A stretch of DNA of 64,000 bases from Felis catus (Eukaryota): positions 7,442,001 to 7,506,000 of the forward strand of contig NC_058383.1 of NCBI RefSeq assembly GCF_018350175.1, given 5' to 3'. The notes under the pieces were generated by a model, which was not told where the DNA came from, made no database searches, and was given only the letters and a program-made list of their open reading frames with translations. Shown here piece after piece: positions 41,490 to 52,570 of the stretch. Position numbers and translations under genes: made by a program. The number at the start of each line of letters is the position of its first letter. Position 1 is the stretch's first letter.

Positions 41490-42523
41490 ATTTTTTTTAA
41501 TTTTATTTTTTATTTCTTAAAATCTACATCCAAATTAGTTAGCATATAGTGCAACAATGATTTCAGGAGTAGATTCCTTAGTGCCCCTTACCCATTTAGC
41601 CCATCCCCCCTCCCACAACGCTTCCGGTAACCCTCAGTTTGTTCTCCATATTTATGAGTCTCTTCTGTTTTGTCCCCCTCCCTGTTTTTATATTATTTTT
41701 ATTTCCCTTCCCTTATGTTCATCTGTTTTGTCTCTTAAAGTCCTCATATGAGTGAAGTCATATGATTTTTGTCTTTCTCTGACTAATTTCACTTAGCATA
41801 ATACCCTCCAGTTCCATCCACGTAGTTGCAAATGGCAAGATTTCATTCTTTTTGATTGCTGAGTGATACTCCATTGTATATGACATTTTCTTTATCCATT
41901 CATCCATAGATGGACATTTGGGCTCGTTCCATACTTTGGCTATTGTTGATAGTGCTGCTAAAAAATGGGGGTGCAGATATCCCTTTGAAACAGCACACCT
42001 GTATCCTGTAGATAAATGTCTAGAAGTGCAATTGTTGGGTCGTAGGGTAGTTCTATTTTTAGTTTTTTGAGGAACCTCCATACTGTTTTCCAGAGTGGCT
42101 GCACCAGCTTGCATTCCCACCAACAATGCAAAAGAGATCCTCTTTCTCCGCATCCTCGCCAACATCTGTTGTTGCCTGAGTTGTTAATGTTAGACATTCT
42201 GACAGGTGTGAGGTGGTATCTCATTGTGGTTTTGATTTGTATTTCCCTGATGATGAGTGATGTTGAGCATTTTTTCATGTGTCGGTTGGCCATCTGGATG
42301 TCTTCTTTGGAGAAGTGTCTATTCATGTCTTCTGCCTATTTCTTCACTGTATTATTTGTTTTTTGGGTGTTGAGTTTGATAACTTCTTTATAGATATTTA
42401 CTAACCCTTTATCTAATATGTCATTTGCAAATATCTTCTCCCATTCTGTCGGTTGCCTTTGGTTTTGTTGATTATTTCCTTCGCTATGCAGAAGCTTTTT
42501 ATTTTGATGAGGTCCCAGTAGTT
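41490..42523 (-). mobile_element. 5'-truncated carnivore/felid L1 (ORF2 C-terminus + 3' UTR)
   Basis: [21 protein letters not shown]...[26 protein letters not shown] (L1 ORF2 cysteine-rich end) with frameshifts; poly-A on the minus strand; a SINE (~42530-42725) follows. Confidence 0.95.
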
Positions 42524-44620
42524 CTCTTTAATTTTTTTTTAATGTTTACTTATTTTTGAGAGACAGAGGGCATGAGCAGGGGAGTGGCAGAGAGAGAGGA
42601 AGACACAGAATCTGAAGCAGGCTCCAGGCTCCACAGAGCCCCATACAGGGCTTGAACCCACGAACTGTGAGATCATGACCTGAGCCGAAGTAAGATGCTT
42701 AATTGACTGAGCCACCCAGGCACCCCTACGTCTTTAAAAATCTGCAAATATCGCCAACCCAAAACAGAACATCCAGGCTCCTGTAATAATAATCAGTTCA
42801 ACTGTCTTTGTTTTGCTGTCATTTGCATAAAAACACATTTCTCAATTTTGTATTATGAAGGCATACTTCTCAAGGCAGAGAGATATTATTTGCCAAGTTA
42901 TGATAACTTAAATATTTAGACATAAGGCACAGGGCTCTGGTTGTACTCTGGCCTTTTGCTGGCACCGAAAAATTACATTTCTATAGACACCACGAGTTAA
43001 TAAAGGTCCGTGACAGGGTGTGTGCCTGGGAGCCATTTGCAGCTATTACCCCCAGACTCTGGAGAAGCCTCTTCCACCTGGGGTCCTTATGGGGGTCACC
43101 ACCCACGCTCACTCTTCTCAGATGCAAACTCCCTATCTCGGGTCTCCTGGGTCTCACCCTCATCCCAGCTTGTGTTGTCCAAGATGCACTGGTAACCACT
43201 TTATCACAGTAATTATGCTCCAGTGAAAGATCAGGGCCACCAGGGCCAGCAGCCACTCTGCATCTGAACAGGGAATATAGGGAAGCCAATTGTCATGCTG
43301 GAAGGCAGACATGGGAGGGAGAGACTGCGTGGTGCCTCAACGGGCCCAGGACCCTGAGCCTGCTTTGAGCTCCAGAAACTGGGAGAGGCGGGAAGGATCC
43401 TTCCCTAGAGCCTTCAGAGGGGGCACAACCCGTCCACACCAAAACACTTTCAAACCAAAAACACATCAGTACCAGGGGCCAGTGACACGCAGTGAATGAC
43501 GTGAAGTTTGAGGCCGACATGAACCAAAGTGTCACCTCAGCTGAGATCCGTTGGCCAGCTCAGGCCTTGTAAGAATGTGCTCAGCTCAGGCCACTAAAAA
43601 CATATTTCAAATAAAGGAAGGAAAAAAAGGAGGAGGACTATGTGTCCATGATAATTCACCTTAAATTTGAATTCTGTGAAATGCACATCAACAAAAGCAT
43701 TTTCTGGCTTTTTCTTCTGAATTTGCTAAGCCACCTGATGACCATGGATAAAGGGGATCCCACAGACGGAAACGTACTGGAGCTGATTATTAATTTGGGG
43801 CAATGTTGTGAGCCCTTTCTCAACACAGCCACTGTTAAATATTAAATATGTGTACAACAGTATAAATGTACCTAATGCCACTGAACTGTATACTTAAAAA
43901 TGGCTAAAATGGTAAGTTTTTGTTAAGTATGCATTAACACAATAAAACATTTTTAATCAAGGGGCGCCTGGGTGGCTCAGTCACTTAAGCCGCCAACCTT
44001 GGCCCAAGTCATGATCTCACAGTTCATGAGTTTGAGCCCTGAGTCAGGCTCTGTGCTAACAGCTCAGAGCCTGGAGCCTGCTTTGGATTCTGTGTCCCCC
44101 TCTCTCTCTCTCTGCCCCTCTTCCACTCGTGCTCTCTCTCTCTCTCTCTCTCAAAAATAAACATTTAAAAATGTTTCCTTAATTTTTAATCAAGAAAAAA
44201 ATATAACCTGGGGCACCTGAGTAGCTCAGTCAGTTACTCCTCCAACTCATGGTTTCCGCTCAGGTCATGATCTCAAAATTCATGAGTTTGAACCCCGTAT
44301 GGGGTTCCACACTGCTAACTGTGTGGAGCCTAATGAGATTCTCTCTCTCTCCCTCTCTCTCTGCCCCTCCCCCCCCAGCACTGTAAATAAATAAATACAT
44401 ACATACATAAACCTAAAAAAAAAGAAAAATACAACCTTACAATAAATTATATTAAAAAGGAAGAAAGCTCGTCTCTGCCTACATAGTTTACCACGTATTA
44501 CTATTATCTATGCTCTTGACGTTATTTATGCTGTCGCATCTGCATGGTGGGAATAACGTAGAAGCACCTGCCGCTGTGCATTTCTTCTTGGCTCAAATTC
44601 AGTGACTTCACATCGGGAGT

Positions 44621-45022
44621 CGTATTAGTCTGCTCGGGCTGCCATGATGAAATGCCACAGACCGGGTGGCTTAAATAGCAGGAATTTCTCTCAGTTCTGG
44701 AGTGTGGGAAGTCTAAGATCAAGGTTTGGCAGGGTAGGTTGTGTCCTGAGGTCACCGCCTGTAGCTTGTAGGCGGTGCCATCTTGCTATGTGTTCACAAG
44801 GCCTTCCCTCGGCAGGTGCGTGTGGAGACAGAGACAGCAGCACTCTGACGTCACTTTCTGTAAGGACACTAGTCCTAGAGGATCAGCCCTCCACCCCCAT
44901 GACTCATTAACCTTGGTTATTTCCTTAGGGGCCCCACCTCTGAATACAGCCCTACTGGTGCTTAGGGCTTCAACATGGGAATTTGGGGGGTCCAGTGGGG
45001 ATGCAAACATTTGGTCCACACA
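44621..45022 (-). mobile_element. MaLR (MLT1A/MST-like) solo LTR
   Basis: (T)GTATTAGTCTGCTCGGGCTGCCAT...AGTTCTGGAG...AAGATCAAGG...GGTCCACACA; imperfect 5-bp TSD GGAGT/GAGGT. Confidence 0.8.
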
Positions 45023-46187
45023 GAGGTAGCTAACTCCATACTGTGGGAGTTCTTGCACCATGGAAACTGGCAAATGCTATGAATCGGGGCTTCTGGAGAG
45101 CTGTTTGTGACACAGAGGGGAAGGGCGACAAGGGTCACCTCTGAGAGTATCCTTCCTCCTCCCTCAAGCTGGGAGGACAGCAAGGTCAGGAGTCAGCCGG
45201 TGCCTCCCAGTCCTCAGCCCTCTGCTCTCACCTCTGAGAGGCTCTGTTGGCATTTGCCACATTGATCAGGAGCTGGAATGCAGCCGGCGGCCATGAGGAG
45301 GAGGCTGACAGGTGAGGAAGTCTCGGTCACATGACAAATGAAACTTGTGAATGTGACAGTGGCAGACTCCACAGAAGGCAGCCCCTGGGTCAGACTGCTG
45401 GGCAAATGCCTTCCCTTCCCCGAGCCTCAGTCTTCTCACCTGTAAAGTGGGGATAACAGCTACCTCCCTTAGAGGGTCTGAGGGAGGACAGAATGGGGTA
45501 AGACAGAAAACACTGCACACTGACTGGAAAGCTACATGGATCGTCATCACCTGACACCCACCTCTGTGTTCTTTCCACTCACACCAGTCGGCACTGACTG
45601 CCCCGTGCACTATGCCAGGTGCCAAGGACCCAAAGCTCCATGCCCCGGTCAGTCCTCAAGCATGTCCCTGTGTAGCAGGAAGACAACACAGAAAAGGGAA
45701 CCCTTGGGTGCTGATGTGGCCCAGAGGACTGTTGACGGTTGTCACTGCATGGGGAAGTGGGGGGAGCAGAGGCACAGACCCAACACCACAGCAGGTATTC
45801 AGTGGCAATGTGACCTTAAGTGATGTCACAACCTTACTCAGGACCTCAGTTTCCTCTTGTAAAATGAGGACCATAACAGACCCTGCCTACGGGGAGAGTT
45901 AACTCCTACTTTAAAATGTAATTTCAGGGGCGCCTGGGTGGCTCAGATGGTTAAGCTGCCAACATGATCTCGCGGTTCCTGAGTTCGAGCCCTGCTTCCG
46001 GCTCTGTGCTGACAGCTCAGAGCCTGGAGCCTGCTTCAGATTCTGTGTCTCCCTCTCTCTCTGCCCCTCCCCTGCTGGCCCTCTCTCTCCTTCTTTCAAA
46101 AATAAATAAACATTTAATATATATATACATATATATATATACATGTATATATATACATATATATATATAATTTTATTTGGATTTGTT

Positions 46188-46700
46188 TGAATCAGATATG
46201 GTAAGACACAAAGACACAGAAATTACTGTCATGAGGTAAGAATTTATACTCACTGATCCCTAGATCCCAGAGGCATGGAATCTCATGCAGGGCTGCATCG
46301 GGAGACACCAAGGTCGGGCAGGAAGCAGAGGAAGTGAAGGGAAAACACGGGCAGGAGCCTTTATCTAGTGTCTGTGGAAAAGACAAGGCAAAGCAGGTTA
46401 AGCTGGTTTAAGATTGGCCAGTGGGAATAATTTCAGCGGATTCTGCAGATTAGGGGCTGCCCTGGGGAGAATGGGCTGGAGGAATATTGCCCTCCTGGAG
46501 CAGAAGAGCCAGATGGAAGAGGTGGTTTGGAGTACGGGCTCTGGACTGGGCTCTGGACTGGTTGGTTTGCATATGAAAGGTGTGCTCCTGGGCAAGTCTT
46601 TGCCATCTCTAGGAACTGGCCAGCACTGAGAGGGGCAGTCTCTCCCTGGTCAGTGAGGCTCCACCTGTCAAAGCATCAAGAACACAGCAAATAAGCAAAA
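46188..46700. mobile_element. ERV-type solo LTR (a related copy lies at ~49545-50080)
   Basis: Both copies share GGTTTAAGATTGGCCAGT/AGTTTAGGATTGGCTAGT, TTTGCATATGAAAGG and AGCATCAAGAA in the same order; family not assigned with certainty. Confidence 0.6.
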
Positions 46701-47589
46701 CACCCAGCACCCAGTAAGTGGGAGATGTCATCCCCACCTGTTTCAGCATTGACTTTGTGGCCTCCCTCTCCTTGCTTCACACGGGTGAGTCTTCCCTTCC
46801 CAGCTGGGTCCTAATTCCTGGAGGGCTCACTGCATGCCTGCCCCCAACCAGGGCAGAAGAAACCCTCTCTGGGCGCTGTCCTCTGGATAGAAAACAGGAG
46901 GAAGTAAATAAACACAGTGCTGTTGTCAGCAGTGACACCAGGCAGTTCATGGGGAAGGGTAGAGACCAAGATCTGGCTCCTGGTTTCTCCTCCTTCCCTG
47001 TCCTTCAGGGAACCATTGTCATCTTCCTGCCTTACCTCATGCTCACATTCTGTTGCCTTTGTTTCCCCAGACCTTGACAAGCATCCAGATGAATGAAGCA
47101 CTGATGAATGGCTTTCTCTAGAAGAGCTGTGGGAGGAGAGGGGACATGGCAGAGGTTAATCTCCTGGCTGAGCTGGGAAGAAGGGTAATCATATTGGAAA
47201 GCGCCAAGCACCCAAGGCACACAGATCTGAGCATTGTCCAAAGTCCAGGCCGCCCCAGTAGAGGGAACTAGAGTGAGTGAGGTGACCTGTCTGAACCTTA
47301 GTTTCTTCCTCTGATGGGTGGGAATAAAATTTCTTCATCTCACAGGATTGCCATGAAAAGTAAAGGTAACAGACAAGGCAGGTCCTGAAAGTCAGTGTCC
47401 TTGCCCAGGAGCAGTGGTTGTCAAACTTCAACAGGCTGGACTGGGGCCTGAGACTTCTCATTTTCACAAGTCCCCATGTGCTGCTGCTGCTGCTGGTCAA
47501 CACAGTGATACCTGTCAGTGGTATGTGTATGTGGTACATGTATATGTATAGGTAGTAGGTATATGTTTCACTTTTTAAGGAGTGACTCA

Positions 47590-50240
47590 ATCAGTTGTAC
47601 CTCTTTACATTCCCAGTTGCTCCACATCCTTGCCAACAGTATGACTGATCTTTCAATTTTAGCCATTTAACAGATATAGAATGGTATCTCATTATGATTT
47701 TCGTTTTTTAACTTAAATTTTTTAGAAAGAGAGAGGGTGTGCACTAGTGAGCAGTGGAGGGGCAGAGGGGGAAGGAGAGAGAGAGAATCCCAAGCAGGCT
47801 CTGCACTCAGGGCAGAGCAAGACCCCATGACCCTGAGATCATGACCTGAGCCAAAATCAAGACATCTAACTGACTGAGCCACTCAGGCGCCCCGAACAGT
47901 ATTTTCTTTAATGCTTTTGGTGAGAAATCTGCACCTAAGTCACAGATTTTCTCCTGTTGTTTTTTTTTTTTTTCTTGAGTTACATAATTTTAGGACTTAA
48001 ATTTAGGCTTATGATTCATTTTGATTTAATTTTTGTATATAGTACAAAATATGAGGGGCATCTGGGTGGCTCATTCGGTTGAACGACCGACTTCGGCTCA
48101 GGTCATGATCTCACGGTTTGTGAGTTCAAGCCCTGCATCAGGCTCTGTGCTGACAGCTCAGAGCCTGGAGCCTACTTTGGATTCTGTGTCTCCCTCACTC
48201 CCTGCCCCTCCCCCACTCATGCTCTGTCTCTGTCTCAGAAATAAGTAAACATTAAAAAAAATAAAAACAAAAACAAAATATGAAGTTCATTTTTTTTATA
48301 TAAATTTCCAGTTGTTCCAGTACCAGTTGTTCAAAAGACTATAATTTCTCCACTGAATTGTCTTTGCATCTTTGTTAGAAATAAATTGACCACATAATCG
48401 TGGGTCTCTTTCTGTACTTGTTTCAGTTCCATTGACCTATTTGTCTTGACACTAATATATCTTGACTACAGTAGTTTTACAGTAAGTCTTAAAGTCAGGT
48501 AACATAAATCCTCCATTTTTGTTCTTCAATTTCAGACAACTAGAGATAGCACTTTGAGTATTATGACTTTCTATAGGAATTCTAAGTACTAAGTACTTTG
48601 AATTTCTATAGGAATTTTAGAATTGCTTGCCAATTTCCACAAAACAGCCTACTGGGACTATGACTGAGATTGTGTTATATTTACATATTAATTTGGAGAG
48701 AACTGACTTCTGAACAGCATTGATACTGTTCATACTTATGTAGGAAATCTCCATTCGTCAATCTTTAATTTATCTCAGTAATGTTTTCTAGTTCTGTTCG
48801 GATCTTGCACATATTGTTATAAGTATTTCATATTTTTAAAAAATTTTTAATGTTTATTTGTTTTTGAGAGACAGAACACAGTGTGAGCAGGGGAGGAACA
48901 GAGAGAGAGGGAGACACAGAATCCAAAGCAGGCTCCAGGCTCCAAGCTGTCAGCACAGAGCCCGATACAGGTCCCGAACCCATGAACGGCAAGATCATGA
49001 CCTGAGCTGAAGTCAAATGCTCAACCAACTGAGCCACCCAGGTGCCTCTAATATTTTTAAAAAATATTTTTTAATGTTTATTTATTTTGAAGAGAAAAAC
49101 AGAATGTGGGCGAGGGAGGGGCAGAGAGAGAGGGAGACAAAGAATCTGAAGCAGGTTCTAGGTTCTGAGCTGTCATTTCAGAGCCCAACGCAGGGCTTGA
49201 ACTCACGAACTGTGAGATCATGACTTGAGCCAAAGTCAGACACCTAACCGAGTGAGCCACCCAGGCACCCCTAAATATTTCATATTTTTGTAGCTATTGT
49301 AAGTGATAGTGTTTTCATTTGACTTCCACTTTTTGTCATTAGTATATAGAAAACAATTGATTTCTGTGTATTGCTCTTGATTCCTGTGAACTTGCTTAAG
49401 TCACTTATAGTTCTAGTAGGTTTTTTTGTTGATTCCATTGGATTGGCTACATAAAGCACCAAGCCATCTGTGAATAAAGAGTTTTTATTTCTTCCTTTTC
49501 AATCTGGATGCCTTTTGGCTCAATTCTTATACTCACAGAGTTTTAATTTATACAGGAGACTGAGTGATGACACAGAGAGGGTAATGACACTGAAAGGTTT
49601 TTATAACTGACATTTCTTGCAGAGAAGGAAAATGCCATGCCATAGAGGGCCACCTGGGGAAACACTAGAGGAGGCAGAAGCAAGACCAAGCGGAAGGCAT
49701 AGATCACAGCCTTTATTATGTTTTCCCCTGGCAAGACAAGATAAGGAAGAGGAACCAGTTTAGGATTGGCTAGTTTGACGAATTTGAATGGGCCTTGGGT
49801 TACAAGTGCTATCTTTAGTTGTCTGGCACCAAGGACAGGGTTGACTCAGGGCAGAGGAAATACTGGATTGGTGTGTGAGAATTAGATAAAAGTAGTGTTT
49901 TAGAGTATGGGTCTCATGGGTTAGTTTGCATATGAAAGGCATGCTGGGAGGCTTTTCCCTAGATCTAAGAATAGGCTAGCCTTGGGAGGGGCCATCTCTT
50001 CCCAGTCAGCAAGGCCACAAGTGCCAGAGCATCAAGAATGCAATTAAAAAAAAAAAAAAAAAAAGTCAATACAATTGCCATGTGATGAATGACTGCCAAA
50101 TACATAAATACAGATTCTCAGAAAACACAGAACAATTTTACCTCTTTGTCTTGCCTTATTGCATAAGCTAGAACCTCCACCACAATGAATGGAGGTAGTG
50201 AGAGCAGACCTCTTTGCCTTACTCCTGATCTTGGGGGAAA
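47590..50240 (-). mobile_element. Old L1 fragments with nested Can-SINEs (~47715-47892, 48055-48265, 48835-49047, 49060-49270) and an LTR
   Basis: Antisense L1 ORF2-type text (KSNTQKSIVF, LEVLA.AIRQ.KE-like), SINE heads and tails. Confidence 0.75.
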
Positions 50241-52390
50241 AGCAGGAGCAGGGTGAGGTGCCATGGAGGGGAAGGGACTGGGACAGTGACAGATGTGGCC
50301 AATGAGGAAGGGAGAACAGAAACTTAGGAGAACTTGGAGGAAGATGTAAGCCGTATTCTCAAATTGTGGTCCACAGCTCATAGCCCTCACTCTGTCCCTG
50401 ACCCCTCCCCCACTCCTGACCCCTCCCCCACAGCCACCCCTTGGGCTAAAAACCTGCATTTAGGCTCTGCCCATCAGGGAATCACAAAACACCAGGCCCT
50501 CCTCCTTCCAGAAGCCCCTCTGTGAGTAGAGCCACAGCTCAATGCTGATTACAGGGCCCTCTCATGCTACCAGGACAAGAGAGGATGAACAAACACAAAG
50601 ACCACACACCATCTGTGAGCAGAAATCATGTCTCCTAATTTCAAGTCTCATAGGGATCCCACTGGGGCCAGGGGCTTGAACATGGCATGGAATGTGCAGC
50701 TTGCATCTAGGGAGATCGTATATGGGAGAGTCAGGGCCTGAGGCAACCCGGGCGACAGGTACTCTGCCAAAGTGACCCAGAGCCTGTTGAGTAAACATGG
50801 CACGCTGCCCAACAGAAGGGGCTGGGGCACCCCCTACTGGGGTCCAGCCCCCTCCTTGGGTGACCTGGCAAAGAAGAGACTGTCCAGCCAGGTTCCACAG
50901 CCAGGGAGGTAAGGTGGGAATAAAATTCAGGTGTCACCCCTCAGACAGGGCAGGTCACCCTCTAGAGGAACTGCCAAAAAGGCAGTCGGTCCCTTGTCCT
51001 CTCTTCTGTCCACCTTTCCAGCTGTCACCATTCACCCAAATGTCTTTCACAGCCCAGTGGACTCCATGACATTAAGGCTGCTTCCTGATGGTGCCTCAGT
51101 TTCCTGATGGTGAAAATAGAAAAACAACAAATCCACCACCCAATGTTGTAGGGCTGAAAAATGAGGCAATGGATGTTTAGGGCCTGGCTCAGAGAAGGGG
51201 ATTCCATGAAAATGCAGAACCTGTCTCCTGGGGCCTAGGAGGAAGTACAAGAAATGCAGACACAGGGACAGGGCAGGGGCTGCCTGGAAGGCCCTGGGAG
51301 AAGCGTGGGGGAAAATTAGGACTGAGGAAGCAACTGAGAAAGGAAGCTGGTCTTCTTGCTTCGGCCTCCAGAAGATGGGGCCACTTCCTGTGATGAAATC
51401 ATGTTCTCCAATCCCCACTATCTACTGAGTAAGCCAATGCCAACCTCATTCTGGGGAGGGAGGGAGCTGAGCCTCCTAAAACCAGCACAGAGAGTCACCA
51501 ATGGTCTCAGCCCCAGTATCTCGTCCCCACCCACCAGCAGTCACAGGCTGGCAGTGCCCTCGATTGGAGACGGTCCAGGGACCGTCCGGAGGGTGACTCA
51601 TACTGTTCTGGGCCTTATTTCCCCCCTGCTCAAGGAAGGCTCCCAATTAGCCAGGGCTCTCACAGCTGTGGAGGGAATGACCTAAGGAGCATTATAAAAA
51701 TACAGCCTCCTGGGGCTTACCCCCCAGAAGGGAGCCAAGGCCCTAGGTTGTGTGGTGCAACTTGGTGGGAGCATCCAGAAGGAGCAGAAGGCTCTGTGGA
51801 CTCAGTGAGACTGGAGTTTGAGTCCTGGACCTGCCTCAAGGGTCACATGACCTGAGGCAGGGCTTCTCTGAGCCCTTGGTCTCCTCATCTGTGGAGTGGA
51901 GGACAGAGGGGCCTGCTGATCAAGTCTTGCCTCCTGTGGGTCGAGGCATGGGCTCCAGAAGGCCCACCCTCACCTCTTAACCCCAGGGATGGTGTGAGAT
52001 TGCACAAAAGGAGCTGACCAGGGGAGGGAAGGAGCCTGGTAGGCCTGGGTCCTGGGCAGGGGAGCCCCTGCTGGGAGGGAGAGCCGCCAGGTGCAAGTTG
52101 GGTGTCCTTGGTGCCTGGTGCTGGGGTCGAGGCCATTTGATCACCAGTGGGTCCCTCCTCCTTCCTCTGGGGAGACATTAGCTGGGCAGAGACTCATGGC
52201 TGCCTGTCCTCTGGCTGGAAGAGCCAAACTGGTCCTGCTGCAGCCCCTTCACCTGGATGACACAAAGAGGCCAGGAGATGCCGAGAGCCAGTGAGAAGGA
52301 GAGCTGGAGAGACAGAGACTGACTCCTGAGGAGAGGTGGCCAGGAGCTGAGATGGAAGAGGCGAGGCCACAGATGGCCAAGGTGTGGGGT

Positions 52391-52470
52391 GGCCATGTGA
52401 AGAAAGAACCATGAACCATGGCCATGTGAAGAAAGGCCATGAACTATGGCCCTCCATGTGAAGAAAGAAG
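52391..52470 (+). repeat. Three-copy ~30 bp tandem repeat
   Basis: CCATGTGAAGAAAG at 52393, 52422 and 52454. Confidence 0.85.
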
Positions 52471-52499
52471 TTGGGGGCCTTTCTCATGGCTCTCTGTGC

Positions 52500-52570
52500 A
52501 CTGACCACAAGGGAGGCGCTTTTGCAATGTAGAAAAAGAAGAAACCAGATTGATAAAGGAAGTGCTGGGT
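52500..52570 (+). promoter_or_regulatory. Myeloid-type promoter motif cluster upstream of PILR
   Basis: ACCACA (RUNX) 52504-52509, TTGCAAT (C/EBP-like) 52522-52528, TGATAA (GATA) 52551-52556, AAAGGAAGTG (PU.1/ETS) 52555-52564, about 180-240 nt before the ATG. Confidence 0.55.

Larger units (their letters stand above)
29784..52252 (-). pseudogene. Putative decayed multi-exon Ig-superfamily receptor gene (V + several C1-set-like domains + TM + short tail)
   Basis: Minus-strand exon remnants with polypyrimidine-AG acceptors and GT/GC donors: 52252-51974, 51793-51721, ~51610-51499, 51450-51284, 51234-~51140, ~51090-51014, 50864-50610, 47126-47036, 46882-46738, 45744-45583, 45304-45232, 45100-45023+44620-44568, 43831-43660, 43593-43473, 43263-43158, 39412-39313, 30209-30090, 29980-29913, 29843-29784. 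Ig motifs appear in the expected strand order. Multiple stops and frameshifts, plus an LTR inside one exon. Identified by eye only. Confidence 0.6.

Noticed and set aside
43158..43263. Hydrophobic frame WLLALVALIFHWSIITVIKWL as the TM exon
   Set aside because: Further Ig-like segments and a better phase-compatible TM/tail set lie downstream, and another frame ends in the C1-like SWDEG; it was therefore treated as part of an Ig domain (ambiguous).
45023..45070. MVQELPQYGVSY resembling a FERM-domain motif
   Set aside because: Single short match with no other FERM segments; the surrounding context fits an Ig C1 reading better.
46188..50080. Two related LTRs in the same orientation as a possible provirus
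   Set aside because: The copies are quite diverged, and the DNA between them is fossil exons, L1 and SINEs with no gag/pol/env; they are better read as independent solo LTRs.
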